From Candidatus Aminicenantes bacterium (GTDB lineage Bacteria; Acidobacteriota; Aminicenantia; Aminicenantales; Saccharicenantaceae), in the NCBI GenBank assembly GCA_041320535.1, contig JBGLNH010000001.1, positions 863,746 to 927,745 on the forward strand: a stretch of DNA of 64,000 nt, read 5' to 3'. The notes under the pieces were generated by a model that ran no database searches, was not told the DNA's origin, and saw nothing but the letters and a program-made list of their open reading frames with translations. The translations under genes and the position numbers were made by a program. Shown here in pieces: positions 61,453 through 64,000 of this stretch (position 1 is its first letter; every line of letters begins with the position of its first letter).

Positions 61453-61949
61453 CGTCCGTGAAGAGGAACGGCCCCTACCTCCTGCTCGCGCTCGGGCTGG
61501 TCCTCCTCGACCAGGTGACGAAGATGATCGTCGCCCGGACGGTCGACCTCTACCAGTCCGTGACGGTCATCCCCGGCTTCTTCAACCTCACCCGCATCCA
61601 CAACCGGGGGGCCATCTTCGGGACCTTCTCGCGGACCGACAGCGACCTCGTTTTCATCCTGCTCACGTCGGCCTCGCTCGCCGCGCTGGCCATGGTCGTC
61701 TGGTACTTCTTCAAGACACCGGCCTCGGACCGGCTGATGAAGGTCTCGCTGACCCTGATCATGGCCGGCGCCCTGGGCAACCAGTTCGACCGGCTCGTCC
61801 GCGGCCACGTCATCGACTTCCTCGACTTCCACATCGGCACGGCCCACTGGCCCTTCTTCAACGCCGCGGACTCCTGCATCACGGTCGGCGCGTGCCTGAT
61901 GCTCCTCACCTTGCTCAGGAGGAAACCCGCATGCACCCCATCCTCGTGA
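61449..61949 (+). CDS. lspA: Lipoprotein signal peptidase II
   Basis: GTG start overlapping the ileS stop. Conserved LspA blocks (LDQVTK, FNLTRIHNRGAIFG, GNQFDRL, VIDFLDF...FNAAD). Confidence 0.8.
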   Translation: MTSVKRNGPYLLLALGLVLLDQVTKMIVARTVDLYQSVTVIPGFFNLTRIHNRGAIFGTFSRTDSDLVFILLTSASLAALAMVVWYFFKTPASDRLMKVSLTLIMAGALGNQFDRLVRGHVIDFLDFHIGTAHWPFFNAADSCITVGACLMLLTLLRRKPACTPSS

Positions 61950-62728
61950 AGATCGGCCCGCTGACGATCCACACCTACGGCTTCCTCATGGCCGTCGGGG
62001 TCGCCTGCGGGCTCTGGTTCATCTACGTCCAGGCGAAAAAGAGCGGCCTCGACGCCGTCCGCATCATGGACGCCGCGTTCTACACCATCATCGTCTCGCT
62101 CCTCGGGGCCAAGCTGGTCCTGTTCTTCTCGAACGCCGGCTACTACGTCAGCTACCCCAAGGAGCTCTTCTCCCTGGCCCGCTCGGGCGGGGTCTTCCAG
62201 GGCGGCCTGGCCTTCGGGCTCGTCTTCGCCCTGTGGTACTTCCGCCGCAAGAAGATCCCGACCTGGAGGACGGCCGACCTCATCGCGCCGGCCCTGGCCC
62301 TGGGCCACGGCTTCGGCCGGATCGGCTGCTTCAGCGCCGGCTGCTGCTACGGCAGCGAGTGCTCGCTGCCCTGGGCGGCCGTGTTCAAGGACCAGTACGC
62401 GGCCCAGCTCACGGGCGTCCACCTCAACGAGCCCATGCACCCCGTCCAGCTCTACGAGGCCGTCCTCAACTTCCTCAACTTCGCCCTCCTGTTCCTGATC
62501 CTCAAGAAGAAGAGATTCGACGGCCAGGTCTTCGCCTTCTACATCCTGAACTACTCGCTCATCCGCTTCTTCACCGAGTACTTCCGCGGCGACCACGGCG
62601 ACAACATCTACTTCATCCGCGGCGCCACGGCCCTCTCGAGCCTGTCCTACCCGCAGCTCGCCTGCATCGTGGGGCTCATCGGCGGGACCGTGCTCTTCGT
62701 CGTCCTCAAGCGGCGCAAAAGTGCCTAA
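61931..62728 (+). CDS. lgt: Prolipoprotein diacylglyceryl transferase
   Basis: Lgt signature region (IAPALALGHGFGRIGCFSAGCCYG) and 7-TM topology; 265 aa. Confidence 0.85.
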   Translation: MHPILVKIGPLTIHTYGFLMAVGVACGLWFIYVQAKKSGLDAVRIMDAAFYTIIVSLLGAKLVLFFSNAGYYVSYPKELFSLARSGGVFQGGLAFGLVFALWYFRRKKIPTWRTADLIAPALALGHGFGRIGCFSAGCCYGSECSLPWAAVFKDQYAAQLTGVHLNEPMHPVQLYEAVLNFLNFALLFLILKKKRFDGQVFAFYILNYSLIRFFTEYFRGDHGDNIYFIRGATALSSLSYPQLACIVGLIGGTVLFVVLKRRKSA

Positions 62729-63644
62729 GGCCGATCTGGTCGTCGGGCCCGAGGCCGGGAGCGGCGCGCGGCTCGACGTCTTCCTGGCCGACAGGATCGA
62801 GGGCCTGTCGCGGGCCCAGGTCCGCAAGGTCATCGACGCCGGGGGCGTGAGGGTCGGGACGTACGCGCGAAAGGCCGGCTACAAGCTCAAGCCCGGCGAC
62901 CGCGTCCGCGTCGAATACGAGCCGCCCGAGCCCGAAGGCGTTCTCGTGCCGCAGAACATCCCGCTCAAGATCGTCTACCTCGACGCCGACGTCATCGTCC
63001 TCGACAAGCAGGCCCATTTGGTCGTCCATCCGGGGCCGGGGCACCCGTCGGGGACGCTGGTGAACGCGCTTCTCCATCACTTCCCGGAGGTCGCGGCGGT
63101 CGGCCATCCGGAGCGGCCCGGCATCGTCCACCGGCTCGACCAGGACACGTCGGGGGTCATGGTCGCGGCCCGGTCGCCGCGGGCCTGGTCGTTCCTCCAC
63201 CACCAGTTCAAGAACCGGATCACCTGGAAGACCTACCTGGCCCTGGCCTGGGGGCGGGTGACGGCGACGGAGGGCAAGCTGAGCTGGCCCCTGGGCCGCC
63301 ACCCCAAGGAGGGCTCGCGGATGTCCGTGCGGTCCCGCAGCCCCAAGCGGGCCGAGACCTTTTTCCAGGTCCAGCGGACGTTCAAGGACACGACGCTGCT
63401 GGAGGTCAAGCCCGTCACCGGGCGGACCCATCAGATCCGGGTCCACCTGGCCGCGGCCGGGCACCCCGTCTGCGGCGACCCCGTCTACGGGCGGAAGAAG
63501 GAGCCGCGGGATTTCCCGCGCATCTTCCTCCACGCCCACACCCTGTCGTTCCTCCACCCGGAGACGGAGGAGCGCCTGACCTTCGCCTCGCCCCTGCCGC
63601 CCGACCTCGAGTCGGTCATCGAGCGGGAAATGCGGTTGAGCTAG
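62721..63644 (+). CDS. RluA-family 23S rRNA pseudouridine synthase (RluD-like, S4 domain plus catalytic domain)
   Basis: N-terminal S4 RNA-binding region (RLDVFLAD..SRAQVRKVI), catalytic HRLDQDTSGVMV, and GRTHQIRVHL. Confidence 0.8.
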   Translation: MPKADLVVGPEAGSGARLDVFLADRIEGLSRAQVRKVIDAGGVRVGTYARKAGYKLKPGDRVRVEYEPPEPEGVLVPQNIPLKIVYLDADVIVLDKQAHLVVHPGPGHPSGTLVNALLHHFPEVAAVGHPERPGIVHRLDQDTSGVMVAARSPRAWSFLHHQFKNRITWKTYLALAWGRVTATEGKLSWPLGRHPKEGSRMSVRSRSPKRAETFFQVQRTFKDTTLLEVKPVTGRTHQIRVHLAAAGHPVCGDPVYGRKKEPRDFPRIFLHAHTLSFLHPETEERLTFASPLPPDLESVIEREMRLS

Positions 63645-63732
63645 CCCAAGAGACCCGCGTAGATCTGACCCCTTCTTAAGAGATCCGCTTAGACCTGACC
63701 CTCTCTTATAAGTTTTGATCCCCTCTTCACGC

Positions 63733-63761
63733 TTGAGTAAAACCCCGGATTTGGGTAGAAT
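63733..63761 (+). promoter_or_regulatory. Sigma-70-like promoter TTGAGT-N17-TAGAAT upstream of the EF-G-like gene
   Basis: Good -35/-10 spacing about 40 nt upstream of the ATG at 63801. Preceded by three imperfect 22-24-bp direct repeats containing AGA(T/C)CTGACCC. Confidence 0.4.
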
Positions 63762-63800
63762 ACCCCTTCGTTTCCGCCGAGATTCCCAGGAGGCTCGAGG

Positions 63801-64000
63801 ATGAAAGACTATCCCGTCGACAATATCCGCAATATCGCCCTGGTCGGGCACGGCTCGTCCGGCAAGACCTCTCTCGCCGCCGCCTTCCTGTTCGACACGG
63901 GCGCGACCAGCCGCCTGACCAAGGTCGACAAGGGCAACACGGTCACCGACTACGACCCCGACGAGATCGAGCGCAAGATCTCCATCAACGCCGCGCCCTG
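63801..64000 (+). CDS. Translation elongation factor G family GTPase, N-terminal part (runs off the right edge)
   Basis: IRNIALVGHGSSGKTSLAAAFLF...NAAP; the G1 P-loop of EF-G-like GTPases; AGGAGG RBS. Confidence 0.7.
   Translation, partial: MKDYPVDNIRNIALVGHGSSGKTSLAAAFLFDTGATSRLTKVDKGNTVTDYDPDEIERKISINAAP

Overview
64-kb window from a high-GC (about 68-70%) Gram-negative genome. The gene content (many MacB/FtsX-type ABC permeases, sigma-54 regulation, selenocysteine genes, rubredoxin operon) is reminiscent of Acidobacteriota, but the taxon is only a guess. Roughly 60 protein genes were called; no rRNA, tRNA or CRISPR was seen.

Recognisable blocks, in order:
- Left edge: a GH2 beta-galactosidase-like 5' end, a sugar nucleotidyltransferase, and hslV plus a truncated hslU.
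- All on the minus strand: truncated selB, selA, a DsbD-N-like protein, a DUF3311-like small protein with an SSS symporter, UspA, and an amino-sugar set (nagB, PIG-L deacetylase, kinase-like, DUF4861-like).
- Truncated recD2, a rubrerythrin-like/rubredoxin/rubredoxin-reductase operon, an OMP, purA and alr.
- A DUF1858-DUF438-hemerythrin-PAS sensor followed by NifU and a truncated nifS.
- A lower-GC island (about 21.9-24.8 kb) of lipoproteins, then an RHH regulator plus SAM methyltransferase behind a triple TCTAGA operator.
- Tat-signal TldD with TldE, an OFA-family MFS transporter, two MacB-like permeases, rbsK, AlaX and an S9 peptidase.
- A REP/RAYT locus (29-bp REP hairpins plus a Y1 REP-associated transposase), then uroporphyrinogen-decarboxylase-like, GS-like and NamZ-like (DUF1343) genes.
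- An unusual secreted cluster: a PPP-phosphatase fused to a PI4K-type-II-like kinase domain, a TLC ATP/ADP-translocase-family transporter, and a second secreted PI4KII-like protein.
- HlyD adaptor, a sigma-54 NtrC-type response regulator/histidine kinase pair with a sigma-54 promoter, and two ~800-aa FtsX permeases.
- Right edge: a third REP copy abutting a 5'-truncated ileS, then lspA-lgt-rluD and the start of an EF-G-like gene.

The most striking structural signal is four sites where genes are abruptly truncated: hslU/selB near 2.75 kb, DUF4861-like/recD2 near 12.33 kb, nifS/hydrolase near 21.84 kb, and ileS next to a REP element near 59.1 kb. Together these indicate chimeric joins or rearrangements. 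The most novel-looking biology is the secreted phosphatase-PI4KII-like kinase / TLC transporter cluster.
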